Source: Selaginella moellendorffii (lineage: Eukaryota > Plantae > Lycopodiophyta). Taken from it: a stretch of 64,000 nucleotides of DNA. The translations under genes and the position numbers were made by a program. The stretch is taken from positions 124,001 through 188,000 of the forward strand of contig NW_003314275.1 in assembly GCF_000143415.4 (NCBI RefSeq). Reading direction: 5' to 3'. The notes under the pieces were generated by a model. It was not told the DNA's origin, made no database searches, and saw only the letters and a program-made list of their open reading frames with translations. Below are positions 1 to 12,200 of the stretch, in pieces; position 1 is the first letter of the stretch, and the number at the start of each line of letters is the position of its first letter.

Positions 1-1064
1 TTAAGGTTTCTCTAACTTCCTTTTGTTTTTGCAACGCCATGCCATAAAACAACGTTCCAGGTGGAAGTGTACGATTTGGCAGTGGCAAAACGAGACGATC
101 TACACAAAGCACTCTGTGGTTTCCTTGAAAAGAAATGAATACATTTACAAAGTTGCAAAACATTGTCTGAGTAGTTATGTCAAAAAACACCAACCTCGGG
201 CTCGTCACTTCCAAAGACTTCCAAGCCGATCCCCTCTGGCGTGAGCACGAGCAGCTTCGTGTCCTCTGTCCATGGCCGAGGAATTTCTTCCACTCCAGTC
301 GCTGCTGCCTGAGTGTTTTCATCCAGCCTTTTGTCCAGTCTTGCCTCTAGCTCGTCCAGTCGTGCCTCTCGTCCATCTGAGGTAGAACTCTCTTCTTCGT
401 CCCTGGCCTTCGGGACTCGAGCTCGTGCCTGAGCATAACGTCCTCTGCTTTGAAGTTGCAGTGTCACGGGAAGTCTCGGTCTCCTTGGTGTGCTGGTGGT
501 TGTATCTCTCCACAAAACTCACAAACATTTCCTGGGTCGACACGGGAGACGCAAAATGCGAGACTCTTTTCGAAGTCCCCTACCTTGTCTCTGCACAAGA
601 GATAAACCGTCGGGAGATCGCTGTTGAGACGCATCAGTGTAGATAGCCAGCCATCCAAGGTGGCAAGAGATTCATGTGGACGCTGAAATGAGCGGACACA
701 AGACTTGCATATATTTACAAGAAAATGAAAAAGTGGTAGTTAGGGGAAACAGAGTATGTCGTTTAACTAGAAAACTAACATGGTATCGGAGCAAACGATG
801 ATCTCATGGGCAAAACAAGACCACGCAGCGAGCAGCAAGGCTACACGACTCTAGATCGCATGACTGCTTGACTGGAGCAGAAGAAGAAGAAGGGAAAAAT
901 CCGTGCTGTAGAAAAATTCATTTAAGATCACGGCTGGAGCGTGCTGGAAATTGTAGAAGAAATGACCACATCTTTCTCTGGGACAACTGTCCTCGAGTTG
1001 TCTAGGGGACAGAGCTGAAGTTAGCAGCAAGCAGGCAGGTCAGAAATGATAAGCAATCTCCACC

Positions 1065-2860
1065 ATGGGGATTGGCTTGGGAAAATTGCACCACCACCAC
1101 CTGGATATCACAAAGACCGCAGAAGAGAACTGGACAGCCTTGAAGAATGTATTCAGGAACCAAGCCAACGCAGAGATTTCAAAGGCTGAGTTAAAGTCTA
1201 AGCTTTTTGCCTTAGCTTTTTTAGGAAGGCTGAAGTCGGTGCTCTCCCAGCTGTCAAGTCTAGGTGAAGCAGTCACTGAGAATGATAAGCAAGCAGTTCT
1301 TCTCAATGCTTTGGTTTGCCCAGAATTCAAATCATTGAATACTATGCTCAAGAACTCAACGAAAACCTTCATTGAAATGCAAGCAACTCTTATCAATGAA
1401 GAAGAATCAGCCGAAGACCAGACACCCGCAGATACAACCACGACCACAGCTTTGTTTGTCAACTCAAAGCAAACAAAGAATTCTCCAGGTAAAGGAGGCA
1501 GTGCTAGCAGTTTCAAGGCTGGTGCAAGCAGTTTCAGGGCTAGCAATGTTGGAGACAGCAACTCACGCGAGCGTAAAGGTATATTGTAAGTGGGTTGAAC
1601 ACTACGCCAGAGAATGCTGAGACAGGTTAGCAGGGCGTCCTCAAGGATTGGGGAGAAAGAACACTAAGACTGGCTATACAAACCAGTCAAGAGCTCTCAT
1701 GGTAAGAGCTATTCCAGAACCTGTGTTTGTTCTGCAGCAGGATCAAGACGTAATGTGGCTGGACACAGCAGCAAATATGCACATGACAGGCAGGCGAGAA
1801 GCTTTCCTGAATCTCAGGAAAATTTCTACAGGCAGACAGGTTGGTTTAGGAGACAAGAGTCTTCTTTCAGTTGTAGCAGTGGGCACAGTTCAAGTAAAGC
1901 TGGCCTCAGGAGAGCTACGACATAGCAGGAACATGTATTTTGTTCCAGGCTTGGCGTATCATCTTTTCTCAATCGGTGCAGCTTCTGACAACGGTTTCTA
2001 TCTTATTTTTAACGCATTATGCCAGATGAGAAGACAGATCAAGCAGTGGCTTATGGACAATGATATTCTGGACTTTATAAACTCAACGCCGCCATGGTTG
2101 TTCCAGATAAGCAGCCAGATCGAGTGCTCTCAACTCGAGCAAGTAATCTCTAGTTGTGGCATGAGCGTCTAGGCCATGTGCATGAAGGCGCCCTCAAAGC
2201 AGTGTCCAGAGATCAAGCACATGCATAGAAATTCGTGTTTACAGGTATGCTTGAATTTTGTGAGGCTTGTGTGCTAGGAAAACAAGCACGCACATCATTT
2301 CCAAAGTTTTCAGAATCCAAGAGTAGTCAGCCTCTTGAGCAGTGGAATGAGGTATTTTTTGACATTCATTGATGACTACTCATGCTACACAGTCATGAGA
2401 CTTTTGGCCAAGAAATCTGAAGTTCTTGATCACTTTAAAGTTTACAAGGCTTCTGCTGAAAATCTTCTTGGCAAGCAGCTCAAGACTTTACATAGTGACA
2501 GAGGCCAAGCATCTCACTCGCACCTTCACCGTCACTGTCACCACGGAGCTCGTTGCCATCATCACCCTCACCGTCACCGTCAGCATCATCGTCTCAAGTC
2601 ACAAAATTTTATGAAGCTGTGCAATGAGAGTGGTATCTAGCAGCAGTTTACAGCTCTAGATAGTTCTGCTCAAAATGGAATTGTTGAAAGAATGAACTGG
2701 ACTCTTATGGAGAGTGCACATAGCATGCTTATTCACGTAGAAATGCCACTATTGTTTTGGATTGAGGTGATTAATATAGCCACATATATTTGCAATCAGA
2801 GTACCTACCTAGCCTCTTGCAAATATTCTTTATTGTCTTTAGATTGGGAAGCAAGTTAGC
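1065..2860 (+). pseudogene. Copia gag-protease-integrase, with multiple stops and frameshifts
   Basis: ORFs 1065-1589 (gag/UBN2-like), 1648-2172 (protease) and 2335-2640 plus a stop-interrupted continuation (integrase core). Confidence 0.85.
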
Positions 2861-2864
2861 TTGA

Positions 2865-3447
2865 TGTAAGTAACCAAAGGGAACAACTCAAAAGACGATT
2901 CATGGGGTTTAAATATAAAGGGAAATGGCCCATAAACAAGAGTGCACCCCTTTTTCTAATCAGTTAAGAGCCTTGGGATACTTGGGGTTAAGTGTCCTTA
3001 GGTTTGAATAGTACTAGGTTAGGTGGGAAGTCTAAATTTAGGAGTTTACATTTGGTATCAAAGGGGTCTTAGGTCTGACTTTGTTGATTGGCTAGGGGAA
3101 TCACACCACATGTTAATTGACATCTAGCTGGTCCAATTTGCTCCAGCTGGGCTTGACTCAAGGGGTAAGGTGTCAAAAGAGCAGGGCTCTCGGGAGAGCT
3201 GTGGCCTTTAGCTTTTATTCACGAGAGCATGAACTTGCAGGGAAGTATGGTGAATTATAAGCAACCAAAGGGAACAACTCGAGACACGATCTATGGGGTT
3301 TAAATATAAAGGGAAAGGGCCTATGAACAAAAGTGCACCTCCTTTTCCAATCGGTTAAAGGTTTTGGGATACTTGGGGTTAAGCGTCCTTAAGTTTGAAT
3401 AGTACTAGGTTGGGTGACTTCCCAAGGTCTAAATTTAGGAGCTTACA
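2865..3447 (+). mobile_element. Cassandra TRIM (LTRs carry a 5S rRNA-derived segment)
   Basis: LTRs 2865-3050 and 3256-3447 (TGTAAG..TTACA); PBS TGGTATCA at 3053; purine tract before LTR2; TSD CTTGA at 2860-2864 and 3448-3452. LTR2 3378-3429 GTTAAGCGTCCTT...AGTACTAGGTTGGGTGAC matches the plant 5S A-box/IE/C-box region. Confidence 0.92.
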
Positions 3448-4149
3448 CTTGAGACATCTACGAGTTTTCAGTCCCTATGTATAAAATTATTAATGTCTAT
3501 ACCAAATATAGTAATAAATATATAACATTTCCCTTATAATTTGATGATTGAAAAGAAGTATTCACAATATTTAGAATAAAATTATGGAGCACTTACTTAT
3601 GATATCCTTGATCTTAACCTCCCTTCGAAACAAACTAAATCATTATTCAATCAAGTTCATTATTCAATCAAGTTAAAGAGAATCTTGAAAGAGAGTGAGC
3701 TAAAAGTATATTGTAGATCTCAACAAAGAGGAGATAAAAAATCCTAATATAATTTTGATGGTCATCTAAAATATATGAATCTATATGCTATTCCTCTTTA
3801 GCAACATCGGCATATAAAAAATGCCTCTATTTTAACTGAGAGTAATGGAACACAAAACAACTGGAGTGATTCCCCACAAAAAGAAAAAAAACTAAATTTA
3901 CAACCTTTACCCTTTAATAGTGATTCAGGTTCCTTGATGAACCAAACATTTGTTTTGTTTATATTAGTTGCAAAATTGAGCATTTCCTATTAAATTGCAA
4001 TGAGCATAATGACAATTGCAAAAATAAAAATAACCACTATATTGAGCAATACACAAAAATAATTAAGCTCAATCAAATAAATAGGCAAGAATTGTTTTTT
4101 TCCTCTATACGCTAAAAAACAAAGCCAAAGATTAGTACTAAAATAATGA

Positions 4150-4583
4150 TGTCAAAAAGCTTGGTACATTTTATGAGTAGATAAATTTTTTTCTTAAAAC
4201 ATTGTCTATGGAAATAAACCCAAGAAAAAGCTATGATGAATTGCAAAACCTTCATCAAAGAAAGTCTGAGATAATTGAGGAATATACAATTCGATTCAAC
4301 AAGCATTATAATCATTGTAAAGACTTAAATGTTAGACAAAATACACCTACGCCTATACATATAATGCCTTAAAAAAATTTATTGTGAACATGCGATAAAG
4401 AGAGCTTATGCAGATTTCGATGACTTGAAAAAAGCCATGATTGCCTACCAAGATCTCATAAAACAATACTATATGATAAATATAGTGAAGTCAAACGAAA
4501 AGACAACTCCTATTGACAAGGAAACTATGTATCTAAGAAGCCTTAAATTACAAATGAATCTCAAACAAGGGATTTAGTATACT
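4150..4583 (+). pseudogene. Highly degenerate retrotransposon gag remnant (continues after the nest at ~13108-13210)
   Basis: ELQNLHQRKSEIIEEYTIRFNKHY at ~4238-4310; frameshifted CQICKKxGHSTKEC zinc knuckle at ~13160-13202; a second knuckle-like CMYCGDTNHF near 13987. Confidence 0.5.
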
Positions 4584-5209
4584 TGTTAAGCACCAAATTA
4601 AGATAATAGGATAAAGAAAGGGCCTTGCAATCAAATGATCACCTCTTTATCTAGTTGGCTTAGAGTGTAAGGGATAGGATCCTAACATTGTTATCATAGC
4701 CCAATTTGATTCTCGTGGCTGACGAGTGGGATAGGAATATTTTGAAGGAATATTTAATATGGTGGATCTAAAGGGAGAACCAAGGTTTGGTAGACCCTAA
4801 GAAAAGGACTATGATGACTGGAGGGTGGCTTAAGTATGATTATAGATGATTATTCCCTGATGAGGGGGGGATTGTTAGGCACTAAGTTAAGATAATAGGA
4901 TAAAGAAAGGGCCATACATATAAGTGATGTAGCGCATTTTATCTCTCTCCCCTTAAGCCAACTGAAAAAGGGGCAATTGTGTGAGACACAAAATCCCTAG
5001 GCCCCAAAGTGGAGCTGAAAGGGTGCCACATGGTAGTGGCCGAAGCGAAAGCCAAACGAGCGTAACACATTTGGACTAAAAGCTCTGACTTGAAAAGGTT
5101 GAGAGTGGGAGTGGAACTCCCAAAGAAATGCTTGAGGAATAAGCACGAAGCGAGCAATAAGCGAGGCTCCAAAAAGGGACCCAAAAGGACCAACACATGA
5201 CACGTGAAA

Positions 5210-5522
5210 GTGTCCGAGATGGACCCGAGTTGGGGTCCGAAGTTGAGTCCGAAGTGGAGTCCGAGACGGAGTCCGAGGTGGACCCAAGATGGAGTCCGAG
5301 ATGGAGTCCGAGATGGACCCGAGATGGAGTCCGAGATGGACCTAAGATGGAGTCTGAGATGGACCCGAGATGGAGTCTGAGATGGAGTCTGAGATGGAGT
5401 CCGAAATGGACCCGAGATGGAGTCTGAGATGGACCCGAGATGGAGTCCGAGATGGAGTCCGAAGTCGAGACCGAGACCGGGACCGAGACCGAGACCAAGA
5501 TCGGGACCGAGACCAAGATCGG

Positions 5523-5553
<31 letters not shown>

Positions 5554-5637
5554 GCCGAGTTCGAGTCCGAGTCTGAGTCCGAGTCCGAGTCCGAGTCTGA
5601 GTCCGAGTCCGAGTCCGAGTTCGAGTTCGAGTCTGAG
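5210..5637. repeat. LTR-internal minisatellite: GAGATGGAGTCC/GAGATGGACCC 11-12-mers, then (GAGACC)n and (GAGTCC)n
   Basis: Directly visible. The same array, with variable copy number, occurs at ~10918-11372, 20085-20465, 33705-34262, 34772-34885 and, reversed, at 58330-58740. Confidence 0.95.
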
Positions 5638-8600
5638 AGGGTGAAAGCCCAAAGCGTTCGTCTCCCAGACCCTGGGGGGTTTGGTGAGCTCCAAAAGTAT
5701 AGTAGGGGGAGGACTGCAGTGGAGCCAGTTTGGCCAGGAAAGGCCAGTTTGGCCCAGGAAGGCCGGACCCAGTGTTGGGTGATGAGCTGCCCACTGGGAA
5801 GTCCAAGACTAGAGTGAACACGGACCGACAAGCGGGGTAACTTGGTGAAGTGTTCAAGAGCCGGCTCTAGTTCCCCCGGGAGATCGACTGGCCGATGCTC
5901 CCAGTCCAAGTGTGGGTGGCACTACCTACTTGGATATCTGGTGTGGCTCAACGGAACCTCGCTCTAAGCCCATGGCTAGAGCACCCAAGGGCAGGAGGCA
6001 AGGAGAGTACCCACGAGGCCCGCGTAGGGCCACGGTGTTCCGAAATGTTGCCCCAAAGTCCTAGACTGTGGAAAGGACGAGGAGTAGCCCTCTGGTGTGG
6101 TGACCAAAGACACAGTCACCTAGTGAGGAAGTCCCAAAGGACAGTTGGACTAAGTGGTCGGGCCTGTGGGCCTTGATCCAGTGGCAGTGTTGGCAAACAC
6201 GGCCACGGACAGAAAAGGACTTGGTGGGGACTGGAAAAGAGATATTGGGGAAGGCTATTCCCCATCTCTATGAGCATCCTAAGGATGCTAAGGAGTGGAT
6301 CTGGGATGATCACTCGTGGATGAATGGCCCAGTCTTTGAGTGACGGGACTGGGATGCAAGTGGTGTCAGACCATCAGTGTGACCAAGGTGAATGGGCATG
6401 GCCTTAGTGTAATGGGCTGATATGTTGAGGGTACCTTAGGGTGTCGGTCATGGGATCGGACACATGGAGCACTTGGACCAAGTGCAAATGTGGAGTGGCA
6501 TGGATGCCATTCTCGGGGCTAGCAAGCCCCAAGCCCTAACTGGGACTTATGGAGGTTGTGAATGAGACTCCTCCAAGTGGTCAGAGGTGCGGTTAAGTGA
6601 TTAGAGTAAAATGGAAAAATTAGTCGCTTACAACTTGGTATCGGAGCTATTCCTTAGTCCGACTTTTATTGGTGCTCAACTATATCACCACTAGTGTTGG
6701 CAACGGAAGGTCCGAGGAGTGGGCCTATCCTTGAGGAGTAGCAGGTCGGGAAGACAAGGCTCTCCATTACAGTTCATGTGTGAACTTGTAGATAAGGTGG
6801 TGGATAGAAAAGGGCCAATAATGGAACGACTTTGGGATCTTGGGAACAGTGCAAGGTTTTCCTCATTGAGTTGAGGAGGTGATCCATATAAGTGTTTGAC
6901 TCAACAAACTGGCTAATGTAGTTGTGGAAAACAACTATAGTTTGGATCACGGGGAAGATAGAGACTCCAAAAACAATAAAGGAGTCACAAGTTTATCCTC
7001 ATATAGTTGAGGCTAGTGCTCATGAAAGTGAGACCGGAATGGATAACCGTGAGAGGTCAAGTATGGATGAGGACACAAGTCCTTGAAGTGGTAGCTAATG
7101 TTACCTTTTATAAATGCTGGAACAAACCCAAGGAGTTGGAGGTGTGCTCAAAGGATGAGTCAGCATTCTTATCATATGGACGGGTAGTCCTAAGGGGCAA
7201 AGGTAGCCCACAGAGAACAAATCAAGTGTCGGAGTAACACTTGCAAAGATGGTTCTTGTGAGTAAGACATGAATACAAGGAGTTGTATTCCAGTAAGCTA
7301 CCACCTCAAAAGTAGGACCTCATGGGTCATCGGATTAGCAAAGTCCAAAAAGTTGAATGACTCCAATAGAGTCAAGGAATAATCCAAAGGGGTTTATGGA
7401 AGCATTTGGACAGAGGTGTGTGGTGCCTCACGAAGGATGGGGAGGATCTTAAGATCCAAGTATGAGAACAGTAGGTATCTCATTGATGGCAGAAGGTGCC
7501 ATGCTAAGTCGTGGGAAAGAGTTTCCCGGAAGAAAACAACTTTGACACAAAGTTGTGCATGAACTCTATAGTGTAGTGCTAATGGATAATTGGCATAAGA
7601 GACAACCATATTGGTCTTGGCAAAAATACCTGGACACAAGTAAGAAGTGTCATAAAGGTAGGCTCGTGGAGCCAATGGTATGGAGACACCGAAGGTGCCA
7701 AGGCGTGCTGCCTTGAGATCAAGTTGGCGGGTTCACGAGAACCCCTTCCAAAGGAATCCCAATGGAAATGGGAATAGCATAGCTTAAGCTAGAAGGCATG
7801 CGGTTAGAGTATGGTGACCCAGATAATGATGGAGGTGTGGAAGTACCAACAATGAGTTGTAGGACTTGACAACTATGAGGCAACTAAGCAAAAGGTGCAA
7901 AATAATTCGTTAAACTGGTAGGAGGCAACTACCTAAGACTTCTTATTGGGATAAGGAAGTTAGATATACCCTTATGGGGGGTAAATTGCTTATGTTGCGA
8001 TATAGTAAGTCAATGTCGAAAGGGGAATGCTCATTGTCAGAAAGGCCATCATTGGAACACCCAAACACTCTAGAACACCAGAAAGTGGTATTTGGTATCA
8101 TGAGGGCAATGGATAATGCCCAAGGGACAAAATCCTTAGTGAATGATGAATAGGAGGTGCTATCCAAATGTCCAAGGTTGCGGTGACGGGAGAAGTCCGT
8201 CTACCCAAATCGGACAAAATCCAAAGACGGAATTTTGGCGGGGCTAGTGATGGGCATATGAAGGCCCATAAGTAGCAATAGTAATCCTAGTATGGGGGAT
8301 TACAAGGTGAGCAAACCCGGATTGAGGAACCACTCCCTAGGCAGTCGAGTAGGTTCATCCTTATGAATACTTGCCAAGGCATGGTAGAAAGTGCAAAGCT
8401 ATCTTCCTAGTCTGGAGGAGAATAACCGAAGGAAATGTATGAGGCCAAAAAGCAAGTAATATAAGGATAGAACCGAACTATTGGAATTGACAGGCATGAC
8501 CAAGGGTGGTTATGCAACTTGGGAGTGGAGAATCAAGTGGGTGCTCAAGCATGTTGTTACTAGCGGCCGGGCTACCATGGAGAGTCTAAAGCATGGGATT

Positions 8601-9125
8601 GTCCATGTTAGACTATATGGTAATTGGAAAGCTTGTGAAAGGAGAGACCCTAGCAAGCTAACGAATAGAGTTCCTTGAACGTTCCCCTAGGTAGATAAGT
8701 ACCTAGTCAGCCAAATGTAAATGGTTTATAGAACGTGCGAAATCAGAGTGGCACAGCAGAAGCGTGGTCTTGAAGCTTGCTATGAGGCGAGGCTAACAAG
8801 ATTAGGGAAGTAGTTCCTGAGTGTTCAAAGAAAGGGCTTTGAACGAAAGTCGATGGTTAAGGACTTTCACGCTTATGCATGAACCATGTTATGGTGGCCG
8901 GATGACTTGCTAAGTGAGATTGGCAAGTCGGGGGGAACGAATACCCTAGTTGAAGGAACCAACTTCAAAGGGGTGGCCCATGGGGCCGAGCATGGAGGAG
9001 TCCATGCATGATCATAGGCTTGTCAAGTGAGAGGACTTGGCAGTGCGGAGGAACTAGGTTCCTAAACTGTGATCTGTAGCACGCTTTAAATATAAGTTGG
9101 TGCACCGGTGTGGGGAGTCACGCCA

Positions 9126-9219
9126 GGCATCCAGTGTGATGCCATCCGTAGATGCATATACGGAGGTTGGGTTCGAGTCCCGACCCTCTAGTGCTTGGGT
9201 TCAAGTCCCAAATCACTAG
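9126..9219 (+). other. Cluster of four consecutive hairpins in the LARD internal domain, including two tRNA T-arm-like stem-loops
   Basis: GGCATC-n6-GATGCC; TCCGTA-n8-TACGGA; GAGGTTGGG-TTCGAGT-CCCGACCCTC; CTAGTGCTTGGG-TTCAAGT-CCCAAATCACTAG. Confidence 0.6.
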
Positions 9220-12200
9220 GGTGTGGTGATGGTTTGGAATATGAGGACACTCATATTTCGGTGGTCATGGACTCTCAGTGGGGAGACTGGTTTGGGCACA
9301 CCGCCAAGCGAGGGATGCCTCGGAGTCGTGATGCATGGTTAGATTGCTTAGAGTGAAAGATCGGCATATCTAACTTGAACACTTTGGTGCAAAGGGAACC
9401 AAGGACGTGGTGAATGAGATGGGGACACCTAGTCTCAGTTGCTATGGATCCTTGGCTGGAAGGGCTGGCTTGGGAGCACCGCCAAGTGTGGGGGATGCCC
9501 TCGGGGTCATAGTCAACAACATGGAGGGGTCTAGAAGACCTAGTTCCTATGGGTAGACCTATTAAGGGGTCAAGATGAGATCACCAGGTGATCTTGTGGC
9601 TAAACAAGGACAAGGTCTTTGTTTGGGTTAAGGAATATGATTCCTAGTTCAAAGTGTTGATTTGAACTATTGATAATGGTGTGGCTTGGTCAAGGTGACC
9701 AAGTGGGAAGAACACCTAAGGGAAATGAGCTATGTCAATGCTGTGGCATAGTAAGTCTGAGGAAGGTAGTCTCTATAAGAGATCCAAGAAAGGATCTCAA
9801 AAGTTGGGCCGTGGATAGAGCCCATAGCAGAAAATGTTAAAGAGACGTACTAGGGGTGAACACCCTCTGGACTTGGCAAAGAAAAGTGTTTGCTATGGAA
9901 CTGAAAGGAAACCTCAAAAATGGAGGTAGCAATCATATGTTGCTGGGTGTAACAATCAAGGATAGGAGTAAAAGATTAGTGGCTAAGAAAAGAGCCATGG
10001 GAATCCTAGGAAAGAATCCAAATGGCAAAGTTAGGCCGAGAACACTAATGTGTTGGGTGCTAACGGATTGTGGGAAAGGCAAAGTTTCCCTAAGGGTGGA
10101 TTCCCAACTGCTCCGATTTGGTGAAGTGGATGCTCAAAAGGGGGGAGCGGTAAGGGAGCCAAATAATAGGGCCGTGGGCAGCCCTAGCACCAATTATGAT
10201 AACTGAAAATTAGTGTCAAAGGTGGCACGATATCGGAGAGAGGATGATGGTATCCTCAAGTAAAGAACTTCATAGGAAAGGGAAGTGGAGTTGCACCATG
10301 TGCAACATAAGGTGTCGAAGACACCTAGGAAATTGACTCTAAGAAGTCAAAATTAAAAGTTCTAAAGTGCAAGGTTATGTCAATGAAATCTGAGACTACT
10401 CGAGAATGAGTAGTGGAATTGAGTTAGAGAAGGAGTCTTTAACGGGTTTAGCGAGAACTAAACCAATAAAAAGGAGCAAACTACCCCAAGTGGTCGAATG
10501 AGTCTCTATATTGGAGAGACTATGCTCCTTAGAGGATGGACAAGGCATGGTGCGCCTTTGGTGTCAAACCATAGACAAATATTGGCTGGGTGCCAAGGAT
10601 GGAATTGGTAACACATGTGGGTGTTACTTTATAAGAGGGTTTACTGTTCGATGAGGACACCAAACTTCGTTTATGGGTGGTGGAGTTGTGAGACACAAAA
10701 TCCCTAGGCCCCAAAGTGGAGCTGAAAGGGTGCCACATGGTAGTGGCCGAAGCGAAAGCCAAACGAGCGTAACACGTTTGGACTAAAAGCTCTGACTTGA
10801 AAAGGTCAAGAGTGGGAGTGGAACTCCCAAAGAAGTGCTTGAGGAACGAGCACGAAGCGAGCAATAAGCGAGGCTCCAAAAATGGACCCAAAAGGACCAA
10901 CACATGACACGTGGAAGTGTCCGAGATGGACCCAAGTTGGGGTCTGAAGTTGAGTCCGAAGTGGAGTCCAAGACGGAGTCTGAGGTGGACCCAAGATGGA
11001 GTCCAAGATGGAGTCTGAGATGGACCCAAGATGGACCCGAGATGGACCCAAGATGGAGTCCGAGATGGACCCGAGATGGAGTTCGAGATGGACTTGAGGT
11101 GGAGTCCGAGATGGACCCGAGATGGAGTCCGAGATGGAGTTCGAGATGGAGTCCGAGATGGAGTTCGAGATGGAGTCCGAGATGGACCCGAGATGGAGTC
11201 CGAAGTCGAGACCAAGACTGGGACCGAGACCGGGACCGAGACCGAGACCAAGATCGGGACAGAGACCGAGACCGAGACCGAGACCGAGGCCGAGGCCGAG
11301 TCCGAGTCCGAGTCCGAGTCTGAGTCCGAGTCCGAGTCCGAGTCCGAGTCCGAGTCCGAGTTCGAGTCTGAGAGGGTGAAAGCCCAAAGCGTTCGTCTCC
11401 CAAACCCTGGGGGGTTTGGTGAGCTCCAAAAGTATAGTAGGGGGAGGACTACAGTAGAGCCAGTTTGGCCAGGAAAGGCTAGTTTGGCCCAGGAAGGCCG
11501 GACCCAGTGTTGGGTGATGAGCTGCCCATTGGGAAGTCCAAGACTAGAGTGAACACGGACCGACAAGCGGGGTAGCTTGGTGAAGTGTTCAAGAGTCGGC
11601 TTTAGTTCCCCCGGAAGATCGACTGGCTGATGCTCCCAGTCTAAGTGTGGGTGGCACTACCTACTTGGATATCTGGTGTGGCTCAACGGAACCTCGCTCT
11701 AAGCCCATGGCTAGAGCACCCAAGGGCAGGAGGCGAGGAGAGTACCCACGAGGCCTAGAACACCGTGGCCCGGTGTTCCGAAATGTTGCCCCAAAGTCCC
11801 AGACTGTGGAAAGGAAGAGGAGTAGCCCTCTGGTGTGGTGACCAAGGACACAGTCACCCAGTGAGGAAGTCCCAGAAGACAGTTGGACTGAGTGGTCGGG
11901 CCTATGGGCCTTGATCCAGTGGCAGTGTTGGCGAACACGGCCACGGACAGAAAGGGACTTGGTGGGGACTGGAAAAGAGATATTGGGGAAGGCTATTCCC
12001 CATGTCTATGAGTATCCTAAGGATGCTAAGGAGTGGATCTGGGATGATCACTCGTGGATGAATGGCCTAGTCTTTGAGTGACGGGACTGGGATGCAAGTG
12101 GTGTCAGACCATCGGTGTGACCAAGGTGAATGGGCATGGCCTTAGCGTAACGAGCTGATATGTCGGGGGTACCTTGGGGTGTCGGTCATAAGATCGGACA

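Larger units (their letters stand above)
622..3475 (+). mobile_element. 3'-truncated, degenerate Ty1/Copia LTR retrotransposon (5' LTR, PBS, gag, protease, integrase); interrupted by a Cassandra element
   Basis: Candidate LTR TGTT..AACA at 622-780, followed directly by PBS TGGTATCGGAGC (781-792). Copia domain order gag - protease (WLDTAANMHMTG) - WHERLGH - integrase (YFLTFIDDYS, LHSDRG, QNGIVERMN). LRHLRVF resumes after the Cassandra insertion. No RT is seen. Confidence 0.85.

Noticed and set aside
1-621. Minus-strand coiled-coil-containing ORF pieces upstream of the Copia LTR
   Set aside because: Possibly a disrupted host gene, but frames are broken and no family is recognisable
4939-5909. 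Many overlapping RS/LG/SD/ET-repeat ORFs (also 10529-11566, 19949-20687, 33412-35108, 58052-59013)
   Set aside because: Artefacts of stop-free LTR minisatellites; open in most frames and inconsistent between LTR copies
9160-9219. tRNA gene
   Set aside because: Only T-arm-like hairpins; no D-arm/A-box or anticodon arm could be built
6633-10686. Autonomous gag-pol in the LARD interior
   Set aside because: No RT, integrase or protease motifs; at most a decayed knuckle-like remnant near 7987-8030
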